Of a stretch of 64,000 nucleotides of DNA, positions 1-12,070 are shown piece after piece. The position numbers and the translations under genes were made by a program. Origin of the DNA: Chiloscyllium plagiosum (Eukaryota); the NCBI RefSeq assembly GCF_004010195.1, contig NC_057719.1, positions 19,415,562-19,479,561 of the forward strand, given 5' to 3'. The number at the start of each line of letters is the position of its first letter. Within the stretch, counting starts at the first letter, position 1. Under the pieces are notes generated by a model, which was not told the DNA's origin, searched no databases, and worked only from the letters and a program-made list of their open reading frames with translations.

Positions 1-2090
1 TGTCTCCCCAATCTCTTCAGCCTCCACACGCAACTTCCCACTACTATCCTTGACTGGACCTATTCCCACCCTAGTCATTCTTTTATTCCTGACATACCTA
101 TAGAAAGCCTTTGGGTTTTCCCTAGTCTTATCAACTAAGGACTTTTCATGTCCCCTCCTTGCTGCTCTTAGCTCTCTCTTCAGATCCTTCCTGGCTACCT
201 TATAACTCTCAGTCGCCCCAATTGAACCTTCACGCTCATCTTTACATAGCCCCCCCTCTTCCCTTTAACAAGGGATTCCAATTCCTTATTAAACCACGGC
301 TCCCTCACACACCCCTTTCCTCCCTGCCTGACAGGTACATACTTATCAAGGACACTCAATAGTTGCTCCTTGAACAAACTCCACATCTCAATTGCGCCCT
401 TCCCTTGAAGCCTACTTTTCAAATGACACGCATCCTATGTCGTGCCTCACCGCATCATAATTTCCCTGCCCCCAGCTATAACTCTTGCCCTGCAGTGCAC
501 ACTTATCCCTCTCCATCACTAGAGTAAAAGTCACCGAATTGTCCCCAAAGTGCTCACCTACCAATTCTAACAACACCTGGCCTGGTTCGTTACCCAGAAC
601 CAAAGAACTTGAGCTATAGCTTTCCCAGTCAATATCTGGAAAGTTAAAGACCCCCATAACAACCACCCTATTACTTTTACTCTTCTCCTGAATCATCCTT
701 GCAATCCTTTCTTCTACGTCTCTAGGACTATTAGGAGGCCTCTAGAAAACTCCTAACAGGGTGACCTCACCTTTCCTATTCCTAACCTCAGCCCAAACTA
801 CCTCAGATGGCGAGTCTTCATCCATCGTCCTTTCCACTGCTGTAATACTATCTTTGACAAGCAATGCCACACCTCCCCCTCTGTTACCCCTACCTCTGAC
901 CCTACTAAACATTTAAACCCTGGAACCTGCAACAGCCAATCCTGTCCCTGTTCTACCCATGTCTCCGTAATAGCCACAGCGTCGAAATCCCAGGTACCAA
1001 CCCACGCTGCAAGTTCACCTACCTCATTTCCGTATACTTCTTGCATTGAAGTATACACACTTCAAACCACTATCCTGTTTACAGGCACCCTCCTTTGAAA
1101 ATGATGTCATGTTCCTAACCTCCCTACACTCCAGACCCTGCACCCTGAAGCTACAATCTGGGTTCCCATGCCCCTGCAGAGTTAGTTTAAACCACCCCCA
1201 AGAGCACTAGCAAACCTCCCCCCAAGGATACTGGTGCCCCTCAGGCTCAGNNNNNNNNNNNNNNNNNNNNNNNNNNNNNNNNNNNNNNNNNNNNNNNNNN
1301 NNNNNNNNNNNNNNNNNNNNNNNNNNNNNNNNNNNNNNNNNNNNNNNNNNNNNNNNNNNNNNNNNNNNNNNNNNNNNNNNNNNNNNNNNNNNNNNNNNNN
1401 NNNNNNNNNNNNNNNNNNNNNNNNNNNNNNNNNNNNNNNNCCACAAGTATCCAAAATGGTATACTTGTTCTTGAGGGGAACGGCCGCAGGGGGTCCCTGC
1501 ACTGGCTGCTTCCTCCCAGTCCCCCTCACTGTCACCCATCTGTCTACAATCTTTGGAGTTACTACTTCCCTAAAGCTCCAATCTATGACCCCCGAATGAT
1601 CCTAAGTTCATCCAACTCCAGCTCCAGTTCCCTAACATGGTCTTGGAGGAGCTGGAGATGGGTGCACTTCCTGCAAGTGTAATCAGCAGGGACGACCATG
1701 GCATCCCTCACCTCAAACATGTTGCAAGAGGAACATTGCACTGCCTTCACTGTCATCCCTCTAAAAGTAATCTTTTTTAAAAAAACTAGGTCTAAAGAAT
1801 AGAACAAGCAAAATGCAGCACTTACCTATTTACCACAACGATCTTATTATTAGGTTAGAGGAGGAGGGCGGATGGGAGGCACTACCTCTGTAGTGCTTCG
1901 GGTTCCTCTCCTGCGCGCTTTTATAGGAAAAATAAAACCGACCCAGGTAAGCTTGCGCTACACCAACTTCCGGGTCCACTCCGCGCTTTTTTTAAAAAAA
2001 ACTTTCAAATTTAAACCGTTAAACAAACGTCACCGAGCCTTCAAGCAGCCACTGCCAAACAGTCCTTACCTGCTCTGCTGAGAGAGTGAG
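1..2090 (-). mobile_element. CR1-clade LINE, 5' half (5' UTR, ORF1 zinc-finger/coiled-coil, APE endonuclease of ORF2), degenerate; continues beyond window start
   Basis: Minus-strand translations: MTVKAVQCSSCNMFEV...YTCRKCTHLQLLQDHVRELELELDELR (CR1 ORF1, ATG at 1756); DAVAITETW and VVVMGVFNFPDIDW (APE endonuclease motifs); PWFNKELESLVK. Frameshifted, with an N gap inside ORF1. Confidence 0.92.
1251..1440. other. Assembly gap (N run)
   Basis: Run of N. Confidence 1.
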
Positions 2091-2409
2091 CAAAAGACAG
2101 AAGTAACTTTAAAAGCAGCTATTGTGCAGGCTTATTTAAACCTCTCCACACATGTAGGTTTATTGCAGACATTGGTATTGTGCTCATAGATAGATATAAT
2201 TATATTATATAATAATTATCTAATAACTGTCCTCAGTTCATTTTCATTTGTTATCCAAATAGCACTCTGTTGTTGACAGGATACTTTTCGATATTTGTAA
2301 ATAGCAAATATTAGTGAGATCACTGGGGACAATTTGAGGAATCCAAATTACCTCGAGTCAACACATCATCTGTGTAGAGTGGAAGTTTTGGTTCATTGTT
2401 GTCAATCTT

Positions 2410-2533
2410 GTCTCAAGATTGCACTGAACAGCATTAAATCCAGGCTGACTGTCTAGTGCATCACTGAAGTGTGCTGCACTGTTGGGTATGCCATCATTCT
2501 GAGGACTAAGTAAAATGAGGCCTGACTTTGTGT
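2410..2533 (+). mobile_element. Ancient Deu-domain SINE fragment (SacSINE1/AmnSINE1-like)
   Basis: ccaggctgactgtctagtgcatcactgaagtgtgctgcactgttgggtatgcc resembles the Deu core; truncated by the following LINE tail. Confidence 0.6.
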
Positions 2534-2775
2534 TAGAACATAGAACATTATAACGCAGTGCAGGCCCTTTGGCCCTCGATGTTGTGCTCTCCTGTGAAAC
2601 CAATCTGAAGCCCACTTAACCTATCCTATTCTATTTTCATCCACATGCCTATCCAATGACCATTTAAATGTCTATAAAGTTGACAAGTCTACAACTGTTG
2701 CAGTTAGTGTGTTCCACGCCCCTACTACTCTCTGAGTAAAGGAACTACCTCTGACATCTATCCTATATCTATCAC
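2534..2775 (-). mobile_element. CR1 LINE 3' end
   Basis: (tagaaca)n tail; minus translation RGSSFTQRVVGAWN of the CR1 ORF2 C-terminus. Confidence 0.85.
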
Positions 2776-2879
2776 AATAAATGGACATAAGTGGACATAA
2801 AAATAAATGATTACAAAGATCGGAGAGCAATTTGACAACATTTGTTATTATGAAAAGGAATGTCAAGAACAACAAAAAT

Positions 2880-3213
2880 CATAAAATTATGGAATTCCCT
2901 ACAGTGTGGAATCAGACCATTCAGCCCTTCAAGGTCACACCAACTTTTCTAAAGAACATGCCACTCAAACACATCCCCACCCCTCAAGCTTTTTGCAACT
3001 GTACATTTACCATGACTAATCTATCTAGCCTGCACATCCCTGGGCACACTAACCTGCACATCATTGGATAGTAGAGCAAACCAAGGAACCCAGAGGAAAC
3101 CCATGCAGAAATGGGGAGAATTGCATACTCTTAACAGACCTGAGGGTGGAATCAAATCCAGGTACCTGGTGCTATGAGGCAGTAGTGCTGATCACTGAGC
3201 CACCGTGCTACCC
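2880..3213 (-). mobile_element. HE1-type V-SINE
   Basis: Reverse complement of the tRNA-like head (gggtagcacggtggctcagtg), V-domain and HER1-like tail. Confidence 0.85.
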
Positions 3214-3821
3214 AAAATAATAGTTATTAGTAGTCATTTGGATGTACAGAATTTAATGTTGCTGAAAGAAAATGCATTTTGTTAAAATTTTTCAGCTTGC
3301 ACTCATCAGGATAATTCTTAAGAATAACAATGTAAAAGGAAAACAAGCTTTCTCAATCACATAATTATTCAGTATAAGAAAGTGTTGATTGGTTAACAAG
3401 TGGTACTCTGATTGATCGTGATATTGCCATGAATAATGCACCAATTAGATGATAACTGACAGTTAACTGTTTGAATTTTAAATCAGACAGGTTAATTTTG
3501 ACAAGAAATGAATCAGAGAATGGCTGTTACCTGTTTTGTGAGCTGAAACAGGTCCAATTTATATATATGTTCTGTCTGTTTACAAAAAATGTACCTTATG
3601 TATTAATATGTGCAGCTACCAGTCAAATCAAGTGTGCCACACTGTGAGCAAAATTGACAATCTAAAATTGGTTGTTAACTTAATTATGAGCATACTCAGA
3701 ATTATTTAACTAATGTTGTCCTATCACAGAATCACATTTAATGTAGGACACTGGTATGAATTCTGCATACGTGGACTGATGAAGTATAGTCAGTACCTTT
3801 GTTGCTGTAAACAGCTTATAA

Positions 3822-4980
3822 AGTCATAGAGATGTACAGCATGAAACAGACCCTTCGGTCCAACCCGTCCACACTGACCAGATATCACAACCTGATCTGA
3901 TCCCATTTGCCAGCACTTGTCCCATATCCCTCTAAACCCTTCCTATTCGTATACACATCCAGATGCCTCTTAAATGTTGCAATTGTACCAGCCTCCACCA
4001 CTTCCTCTGGCAGCTCATTCCATGCATGCACCACCCTCTGTGTGAAAAAGTTGCCCTATAGGTCCCTTTTATACCTTTCCCCTCTCACCATAAACCTATG
4101 CCCTCCAGTTCTGGTCTCCCCCACCCTAGGGAAAAGACTTTGTCTATGTATCCTATCCATGCCTCTCATGATTTTATAAACCTCTGAGGTCACCTGTCAG
4201 CGCTTGATGCTCAAGGAAAAATAGCCCCAGTCTATAGCTCAAATCCTCCAACCCTGGTAACATCCTTGTAAATCTTTTCTGAATCCTTTCAAGTTTCACA
4301 GCATCCTTCTGATAGGAAGGAGACCAGAATTGCACGCAATATTCCAAAAGTGGCATAGCCAACATCCTGTACAGCTGCAACATGACCTCCCAACTCCTAT
4401 ACTCAATGCTCTGATCAATAAAGGAAAGCATACCAAATGCCTTCTTCACTGCCCTATCTACCTGCGATTCTACTTTCAAGGAGCTATGAACCTGCACATC
4501 AAAGTCTCTTTGTTCAGCAACACTCCCAAGGACCTAACCATTAAGTATATAAGTCCTGCTGAGATTTGCTTTCCCAAAATTCAACAACCTCGCATTTGTC
4601 TAACTTAAATACCATCTGCCACTCCTCAGCCCATTGGCCCATAGATCAAGATCCTGTTGTAATCTGAGGTAACCCTCTTCGCTGTCCACTAAGCCTCCAA
4701 TTTTGGTGTCATCTGCAAACTTACTAACTATAGCTGCTATGTTCACTTCCAAATCATTTATATAAATGACGAAAAGTAGTGGACCCAACACCAATCCTTG
4801 AGGCACTGTACTGGTCACAGGCCTCCAGCCTAAAGAAAACCTTCTACCACCACCCTCTGTCTTCTACCTTTGAGCCAGTTCTGTATCCAAATGGCTAGTT
4901 CTCCCGTATTCCATGACATCTAACCTTGCTAACCAGTCTCCCATGGGCAACCTTGTCGAACACTTTATTGAAGTCCATAT
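3822..4980 (-). mobile_element. HER1/CR1 LINE, 5'-truncated (RT and 3' UTR)
   Basis: VPQGLVLGPLLFVIYINDL, KFADDTKIGG, LEYCVQFWSP; 3' UTR ending in ctctatgact. Confidence 0.95.
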
Positions 4981-5034
4981 AGCTCTTTGATATAATCTGC
5001 CAGTATCTGACCTACATAGCATATGGACGTACAT

Positions 5035-5140
5035 GGAATAGTGTAGGTTAGATGGGCTTCAGATTGGAATGACTGGTCGGCGCAACATCGAGGGCCGAAG
5101 GGCCTGTACTGCGCTGTAATGTTCTATGTTCTATGTTCTA
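5035..5140 (+). mobile_element. CR1 3' UTR stub with (gttctat)n tail
   Basis: gggccgaagggcctgtactgcgctgtaatgttctatgttctatgttcta. Confidence 0.8.
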
Positions 5141-5516
5141 TAACTGGCATCACACCAGCATTGATTTTCATATACAACAGTGTTCATTTGTGTGATATAC
5201 AGAATGTTCTTTTGGTTTGAAGGCAGCATCCCGTTCGTTGTAAGCACCACGTGTCATGCGTGGTAGCAGTAGGAACGAACGAGCTTCACCTATTGCCTCC
5301 AACCTTTTAGTTACCATCCCCGTTGGAAATCTGAGGTAAACTTGACCTTTTCAAGATATAAAGTGGCTATCTTAGGCCCATTTTGTACAATATATAGCCA
5401 GAAATGATCTAATCAGGGTTGCCATTAACCAGCTTAAGGGTTTCAAAATGCACTATTTCAGAATCCACCTTGTTCCATGAACAAATGACTTGGGCAGTAT
5501 TTACCGGTCATCAACA

Positions 5517-6085
5517 ATGCTCAGTTGATTGGATGGCTGGTTTGTTTTGCAGACTGATGCCAACAGCATGAGTTCAATTTCTGCACAAGCTGTAATTAGT
5601 AGCGCCTCGACATACGAACGACCCCGTTCACGAACAAATCGGTTTACGAACAGGACTGTACGTAAAATTTTGCTTCAACGTACGTACGGAATTCAAGGTA
5701 CGAACGAAGGTACGAACGCAAAAAGCCCGGTGTGACCACGTGTTTCATTGTTCTGCTTTGCTACATGCTTGTTGAACGCAAAAGCTCTCGGGCCCCACAT
5801 GATCTCAATCAGTTCGTCTTTGGTGTGCGCTGTGAACAGCCGTCCAAGCATTCTTATGCTATCCGAACAATGGGAAAAATTGATTCAGTTCGCGAACTTT
5901 TCAGTTCGCAAACCAGATCCTGGAACGGATTAAGTTCGTAAGTCGAGGCGCTACTGTACCATGAAGCTCCTGCCTTCTCAACCTCAATCCTCATCTGAAG
6001 CGTGGTGACCTTCATCTTAAACTCATCACCAGTTGTCTCTGTCTCGAATCAGAGATCAGCCATATAGTCCTCTGGGTGACTTTAC
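5517..6085 (+). mobile_element. tRNA-derived SINE interrupted by a MITE
   Basis: A-box-like gctcagttg and B-box-like gagttcaattt head; body resumes at 5957 (taccatgaag...cctcatctgaagcgtggtgacc). Confidence 0.6.
5597..5956. mobile_element. Tigger/pogo-type non-autonomous DNA transposon (MITE)
   Basis: 23-bp TIRs at 5597-5619 and 5934-5956 (21/23 match, consensus CAGTAGCGCCTCGACWTACGAAC); TA after the right end; repeated ACGAAC subterminal motifs. Confidence 0.88.
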
Positions 6086-6596
6086 CTGGAACTATATTAA
6101 TCCCAATATGTAGAATGGCCAGTAAAGGTAGATATGTGGTTGGCAGTAGTAGAGAACCTCCAGCTGATTTCCTCAACTAGGAATCAAGGAAAAGAAGCTC
6201 ATTTGACTGTGCCATTTTCAAAAATGAGTTTGAGAACAAGGTAAAGGCCATTAAGATACGAAAGGAAATTCTTTCATGCAGCTGTAGACTCAATTATGGC
6301 AAATAAATCTGGGAATATGCAAACATTAGAAATTAGTTGTCATTTCATTAAAGGCACATTTCTCATGGAAGCCAACAAAGATACATGACAGCCTGAGGAA
6401 CACAATGCAACACCATCTGTTTAGCATACATGGTGCTGTGTGGATTGTTCAGTTCATAAGTTGAACGAATACTGACTTCCACAATGGCGACCGGTCTAGA
6501 TCACCATAATGTATTGGGGCTGTGTAACTTTTTATAACTTCCTTAAGTGGTATGCTGGTGAACAGGTTAGAAATATTAAGTCAGCACATGGATATT

Positions 6597-6800
6597 AAAT
6601 AGGGAAAGTGAGAACTGCAGATGCTGGAGAATAGAGTGGAGAGTGTTGTGCTGGAAAAGCACAGCAGGTCAGGAAGTGTCTGAGGAGCAGGAGAGTTGAA
6701 GTTTCGGACAAAAACCCTTTATCTTCAGCAGTCCTCATGAAGGGCTTTTGCCCAAAACATCAGTTTTCCTGCTTCCTGACCTGCTGCGCTTTTCCAGCAC
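6597..6800. mobile_element. Penelope pLTR-derived fold-back element
   Basis: Inverted arms gtgctggaaaagcacagcaggtcagg / cctgacctgctgcgcttttccagcac; 12-bp TSD cacatggatatt (6585-6596, 6801-6812). Confidence 0.8.
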
Positions 6801-7399
6801 CACATGGATATTGCATGGCTCAACATGGATATTGCATGTCTATCAATATGCAAGTTCTGTATGGTCTTTCCAAGTGTGAAGATTTCCTTCACCTTGGAAG
6901 TGGAAAGGCTCAGAATTGGTTGAATCTATCTATGCATTCAACCATTTGGCTAGCTCATATTGTTGTGCAGAACCAGTCATAGATGACATATGGTGAAAAG
7001 AGACATCAATTATGTCTAGGACAGTTAAGATGCATCCACAGATGCTATGAACTATTAGGATGAACCCTATCATATATCAACTGGCAGCTCGTTACTCTTG
7101 CACAAGTCCCACAAACATTTTAAGTTAGCTTATTTTCAAACAAGGCTGTACAGCAGTGCAGAACCAAATGCCCTATAAAAAGGCTTTTTTTCTCTTTACA
7201 TTAGTATTTCTTGCAACTGTCCGAATTAGTGCAATTTGAAAAGCGTGGACATATTGTATCTTTTTTCAGTAATATTCAATTTAAGGTGGTATTTAAGAAG
7301 TCTCCAAAACAAAGGTAACTGTCCAAATTGACAGAATCCTAACCCTAACCCAATTGCAAGTGCACAAATGTGTGTTTATTGGGTTTATGGAAAATGCTA

Positions 7400-8160
7400 A
7401 ATATAAAACTGAAATTAATTAGAAGAATTGAAGTATGCAAAGGTACTTACAACCAAATTAAATTGAGTTTAGTAATAAAAGGAGAAAAGCAGCATATAGG
7501 ATACCATTTGCTCCAATTTGATGTTTTAACATTTCTCCATGGCTGTGAAACATGGAGTGATGACAACTATATGATCAAAAAACTCAGTGTCTCTGAAATG
7601 TTTGAAAAATGTGCTGCTGGAAAAGCACAGCAGATCAGGTAGCATCCAAGAAGCATATGGCCTTCATCAGGAATGTGGAGGGAGAGGGAAATGGGGCTGA
7701 GAGATAAATAGGAGGGGATTTGGGGCCTGGGGGAGGTAGCTGGGAAGGCAATAGGTAGACTCAGGTGGGAGGGATGATGATAGGTCAGAGCAGAGGATGA
7801 TGCTGATATGCAGGTTGGGGGGGTGAAGGTATCACCTTCCCAGCTACCTTCCCCCCAGCCCCACCCCACCCCACTCCTCCTATTTATCTCCCAGCCCCCT
7901 TCCCTCCACCTCGCCACACTCTTGATAGAGGGCCTATGCCCAAAACATTGATTCTCCTGCTCCTCGGATGCTGCCTAACCTGTTGTGCTTTTTCAGCACC
8001 ACACGTTTTGACTCTGATCTCCAGCATCTGCAGTCCTCATTTTCTCCTAGTCTCTGAAATGTGAATATACTGAAAAATGTTTCTTCTCAAATCAATGGTA
8101 AGAGGAAACAATGAAGCAGTAATGAATTGGCAAGCATGCATTATTAAGAGGTAGTGAAAA
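7400..8160 (+). mobile_element. Old RTE-clade LINE fragment, interrupted at 7602-8049
   Basis: IRRIEVCKGTYNQIK...TFLHGCETW...KKLSVSEM resembles the RTE RT C-terminal motif (LLYGCETW...KKLEAFEMW). Confidence 0.65.
7602..8049. mobile_element. Penelope pLTR-derived fold-back element (long form)
   Basis: Head-to-head arms with centre near 7830; 13-bp TSD gtctctgaaatgt (7589-7601, 8050-8062). Confidence 0.82.
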
Positions 8161-8334
8161 CAACTATAGTGGTCTTATCAATCAAGGACTTGTTTTTCTA
8201 CTCTGTCTCGTCCTTTATTATAGAGAAGCATGTTTTACCCTACTCCCACGGCTCTATTCCCCTTAGACTCTGAGGTCATGCACATCTTAACTATTTGTAC
8301 CGAAATCGTCTCTCACAATATCCAATCCTCAACA

Positions 8335-8700
8335 TGAGAATACTGAGGGGCCTGGATAAAATGGATGTAGAGAAGGTGTTTTCACTAGTAGGAGAGACTA
8401 GGACTGATGGGCACAGCCTCAGAGTAAAGGCACAACTGTAAAAAAAGTGAAATGAGGAAGAAGTTCTTTGGCCAGAGGGCGGTGAATCTGTGAAATTCAT
8501 TCCCACTGAACGCTGTGCAGGTTAAGTCACTGAGTGTATTTAAGAAAGAGATAGGTAGGTTCTTGATTAGTAAAAAGATCAAAGGTTACAGGGAGAAGGC
8601 AGGAGAATGGGGTTAAGAAACCTATCAATCATGATCGAATGACAGAGCAGACTCAATGGACTGAATGGTCTAATTCTGTTCCTATATCTTATAGTCTTAG
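8335..8700 (+). mobile_element. CR1 LINE 3' end
   Basis: RGLDKMDVEKVF...ETRTDGHSLRV; 3' UTR ending tcttatagtctta. Confidence 0.85.
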
Positions 8701-9094
8701 GGTGAGAAAGGAATCAGAAAAAAAACAATGTTATTGCACTGTTTGAAGAAGATCTAGGATGTTTTGCCTGGTGATATGGCTAAAATTAACTCCTTAACCA
8801 GGTCCGAGAGGAAGAATGCGTTCTGGTCACTAATGCCATTGCTGCTTACATGTTGGCTATCCCATTCCCTAAATTACAACAATGGTTACTCTTCAAAAGA
8901 AATGCATTGAGTAAAGCCCTTTTGAAAATCCTAAGGTTATGAAAGATTTTGATTAAATGTGTTTTGTTATGGCTTATGATTGTGTTTATCATACTTCACA
9001 CAGCAAATTTCAGAGGAGTTCCAAAGCCATTTCAAATAAAAAAAAAACTCATTGTGCATAATTTTGTTCTAAATTGAATCTCAGAAATGCAATT

Positions 9095-9590
9095 ATGGTA
9101 CAGAAGGAGGCCATTTAGTCCATCATGTATGCACTGGCTCTCCAGATGAACATCATGATTTATTGCCATTGTCTTGCTTTCTTTTTGCTTGCCCAATTGC
9201 TTCAATTGAACCTGATTCTGCCAAACGTTTAGGCAGTGCTTTCCAAACTTCAGCCACTTGTTGTGCGAATAATTTTTTTTCTCATTTCCCCTTTGCTATG
9301 TTTGCAAATCACTTTCAATTTGTGTCTTCCTGTTCTTAATCTTTTAATAAGCAAGAACAGTTTCTCCTTACCTAGTTTGTCCAATGTCTCATGATTTTGA
9401 AAAATATCAGATCTCCCTTTTGCCTTCATTTCTGCATTGAGAACAGACCAAATCTCTTCAACCTATCTTCATGACTGAAGTTTCTCGTCCCTGGAACCAT
9501 TCTCCAATGTGTTTATATCCTTCCAATAGTGTGGCATCCAGAACCATTCACAAAACTCAATCTATGGTCTAACAAGTGTTGTATGCAATC
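9095..9590 (-). mobile_element. Degenerate CR1 3' fragment
   Basis: ggtacagaaggaggccatttagtcc tail and atagtgtggcatccagaac (FWxPHY) on the minus strand. Confidence 0.7.
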
Positions 9591-10559
9591 TTATACAATT
9601 GAGAATTTGCAAACACCTACCAATCTGCAACCTCCTTCAACGTCTGTACTTGGCTTCTGATAGCATCAGAGCGGTGCCATATTTTCAGATATGACGCTTG
9701 CCAGTTTGTTGTTTGCTGCCACCAGTTCTCTTTGTCCATATACAGTGTCTAGGGCTGACCTCATGATCAATGTTAGAGGATAAACTATTGATAAGTCTAC
9801 AAAGAAGGGGCACTTGTCTTGTTTAACAGGATAACTTAGTGCAGGACAACTTGCTCAATATAATTCCTTAGGACTCTCAGGAGCTTACCGAATTTAACTG
9901 CTCTCTCCAGGATATTTGTGCCAGAGTTTGACTGGCTTCACCTAATAATTCTACGATATCACAAGACTCACCAAAAATCAATGTAACCTGAAAATAAACT
10001 CCTTCAGAACCATTAACTATCCAGAAGCAGCTTGCTCAGTGATTACAAAAACAGGCAAGCTACAATATGCTATCACAATTATATTTTGGAAATTGTAATA
10101 GTGTTCGCCTCCATATGATAAAGTGAGATATCCTTCAACTCATAACCCATTGGGAATTCTGCATTCTTCTAATTCTGGCTGCTTATATATCACGATGAAT
10201 GACCACTCCACCACTGATCAGAATAAAGAACGAATTTAAAACAGACGCATTTATTAAACCCATATGTCATCTATTTGGAGGGTTGGTATGGACTCGATGA
10301 GCCAAATGGCTACTTTCACCTCTGTAAGGATTCTATGATTATTACTCTATCTACATATACACAACAGTGATGTTCTATAGCCATAGTGACCTTACACATT
10401 AACCTTTGGCACTAGGGCATCTCACTGAATCAATCATGGTTGGTTGAATTCACTTCTCTGGAGATACTGCCACAGGTTTTGAATTCTCTCTTAGGAACTC
10501 CATACCTGTAGTGTTTAGGTTTTTCATTGAATTTTCAACTCTTTAACTTTGACAGGGGC

Positions 10560-10593
10560 AGAGAAAAGAGAGAGAGAAAGAGAGAGAGAGAGA
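10560..10593. repeat. (GA)n microsatellite
   Basis: Direct reading. Confidence 0.9.
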
Positions 10594-11084
10594 ATAAAGG
10601 TTATTGCTCCAGGCAAATTATCTGTGACTCTCTGTTTTAAATTCAAAATACTTTCTCACTCACAAAGTGGGATGGGTGACTTTCTCTCTGAAGGTGTTGT
10701 CGACCTGGTATTCCTATTTCAGCAGTTTATTCCTTGTAAATGCAGCATCATTGTGTTGTACCCATTCTCTTTTGTGTTGCAAAATCTTATATCTAAAAGG
10801 TTTGTGAATTTTCAATATTATATTATAAATTAAGACTTTGGATGAAACTTATTTAGAACAACATTTACAAGTTGCTTTGCTCCACCATTGGTAGCTATGC
10901 TTTGCATTGCTTAAGTCCTAAGCCCCAGAATACTTTTCCAAAATCTTACCTCTCTTCCTTTAAGGTGCTCCTTAAAACTTCTTTGACCAAACCTTCGATT
11001 ATACATCTTAGTATCTCTTATGTGGCTCAATAAAACATGGTCTGATGTTCCTCTTTGTGATGTTTTCTTAGAATAATGCAAAAA

Positions 11085-11545
11085 GAAAAGAAAGACTTGT
11101 ATTTGTATAGCAATTTGCCTAACACTGGTCATCCCAGAGCACTTTATAGCCAATGAAATGCTTTTAATGTGCAGTCAGTGTCATAATTTAGCCAATTTGA
11201 GCATGCCAAACTCTTGCAAATAGCAAGGAGATATTGACCAGTTAATCTGTTTTTTGTGATATTCATTGAGGTATAAGTATTTGCAAGGACACTGGGGATA
11301 CCACCCCTGCTCTTCGGTGAAACTCCTATAGGATTGTTTTTATATTCAATTGAGATAGCAGACATAATTATTTTGGGAATAAATCAGCAAAACTGTACAT
11401 CTGATAATTTAGCATTCCTTAAGAATTGCCCTGAAGTGTCAACCTAAATTTTTATGCTTAGTTTCTCAAATGGAATTACAAATTCAAAACTTCCTGTTTC
11501 AATGGTATTAGTGCAAATAACTAAGTAATGACTGATTTGAGATGG
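11085..11545 (-). mobile_element. Deu-domain SINE (SacSINE1-like)
   Basis: L2-like tail (gacttgtatttgtatagc), central domain and Deu core in reverse orientation. Confidence 0.7.
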
Positions 11546-11554
11546 AGACTGATT

Positions 11555-11731
11555 AGTGAGGACTGTAGATGCTGGAGAGTCAGGGTCAATAGACCATGGT
11601 GCTGGAAAAGCACAGCAGTTCAGGCAACATCTGAGGAACAGGAGAGTCAACGCTTCAGGCAGGACCCTTCATCAGGACTCAGGGTCCTGCCTGAAATGTC
11701 GACTCTGCTGCTCCTTGGATGCTGCCTGACC
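11555..11731. mobile_element. Penelope pLTR-derived fold-back element
   Basis: ggactgtagatgctggag...cccttcatcagga followed by inverted arm gggtcctgcctgaaatgtcgactc...gatgctgcctgacc. Confidence 0.78.
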
Positions 11732-11924
11732 CGAAGTCATGGCTGCTACCTGGAAAGGTGCTACACAAATGTTGTTTCCCATGCTGTTAGCAAGAGCAAT
11801 TTACTGAATTTTTCTTAGCTACCCAAGGCACAAAAAGAAGGACTGTAGCTTTCTGGTAGAAACCTTTTCAATTAGGCACTATTTTATAAAAACAATGCTT
11901 AAAAATGTAAGAATGATGAATGCT

Positions 11925-12070
11925 AGATGAGCACTTAAAATGCCAGGGCAGAGTAGGTTATAATCAAAGTGCAGTTCAATGGGATTAGTGTAGTTTGGTG
12001 CTTGCTGGTATAGACATGGTGGGTCAAAAGGCCTGTTTCTGTGCAATATGGCTCTGGCTCAATGACTGTA
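11925..12070 (+). mobile_element. CR1 3' UTR stub
   Basis: gacatggtgggtcaaaaggcctgtttctgtgc terminal motif. Confidence 0.65.

Larger units (their letters stand above)
3270..5480 (-). mobile_element. Degenerate Penelope-like element (GIY-YIG end plus pLTR), interrupted by CR1 insertions at ~3822-4980 and ~5035-5140
   Basis: Minus translation near 5140-5240, MLPSNQKNILYITQMNTVVYENQCWCDASY, resembles the start of the GIY-YIG domain. 3600-3770 resembles its C-terminus. Terminal CTGATGAGTGCAAG motif at 3297-3309 (-). Confidence 0.7.
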
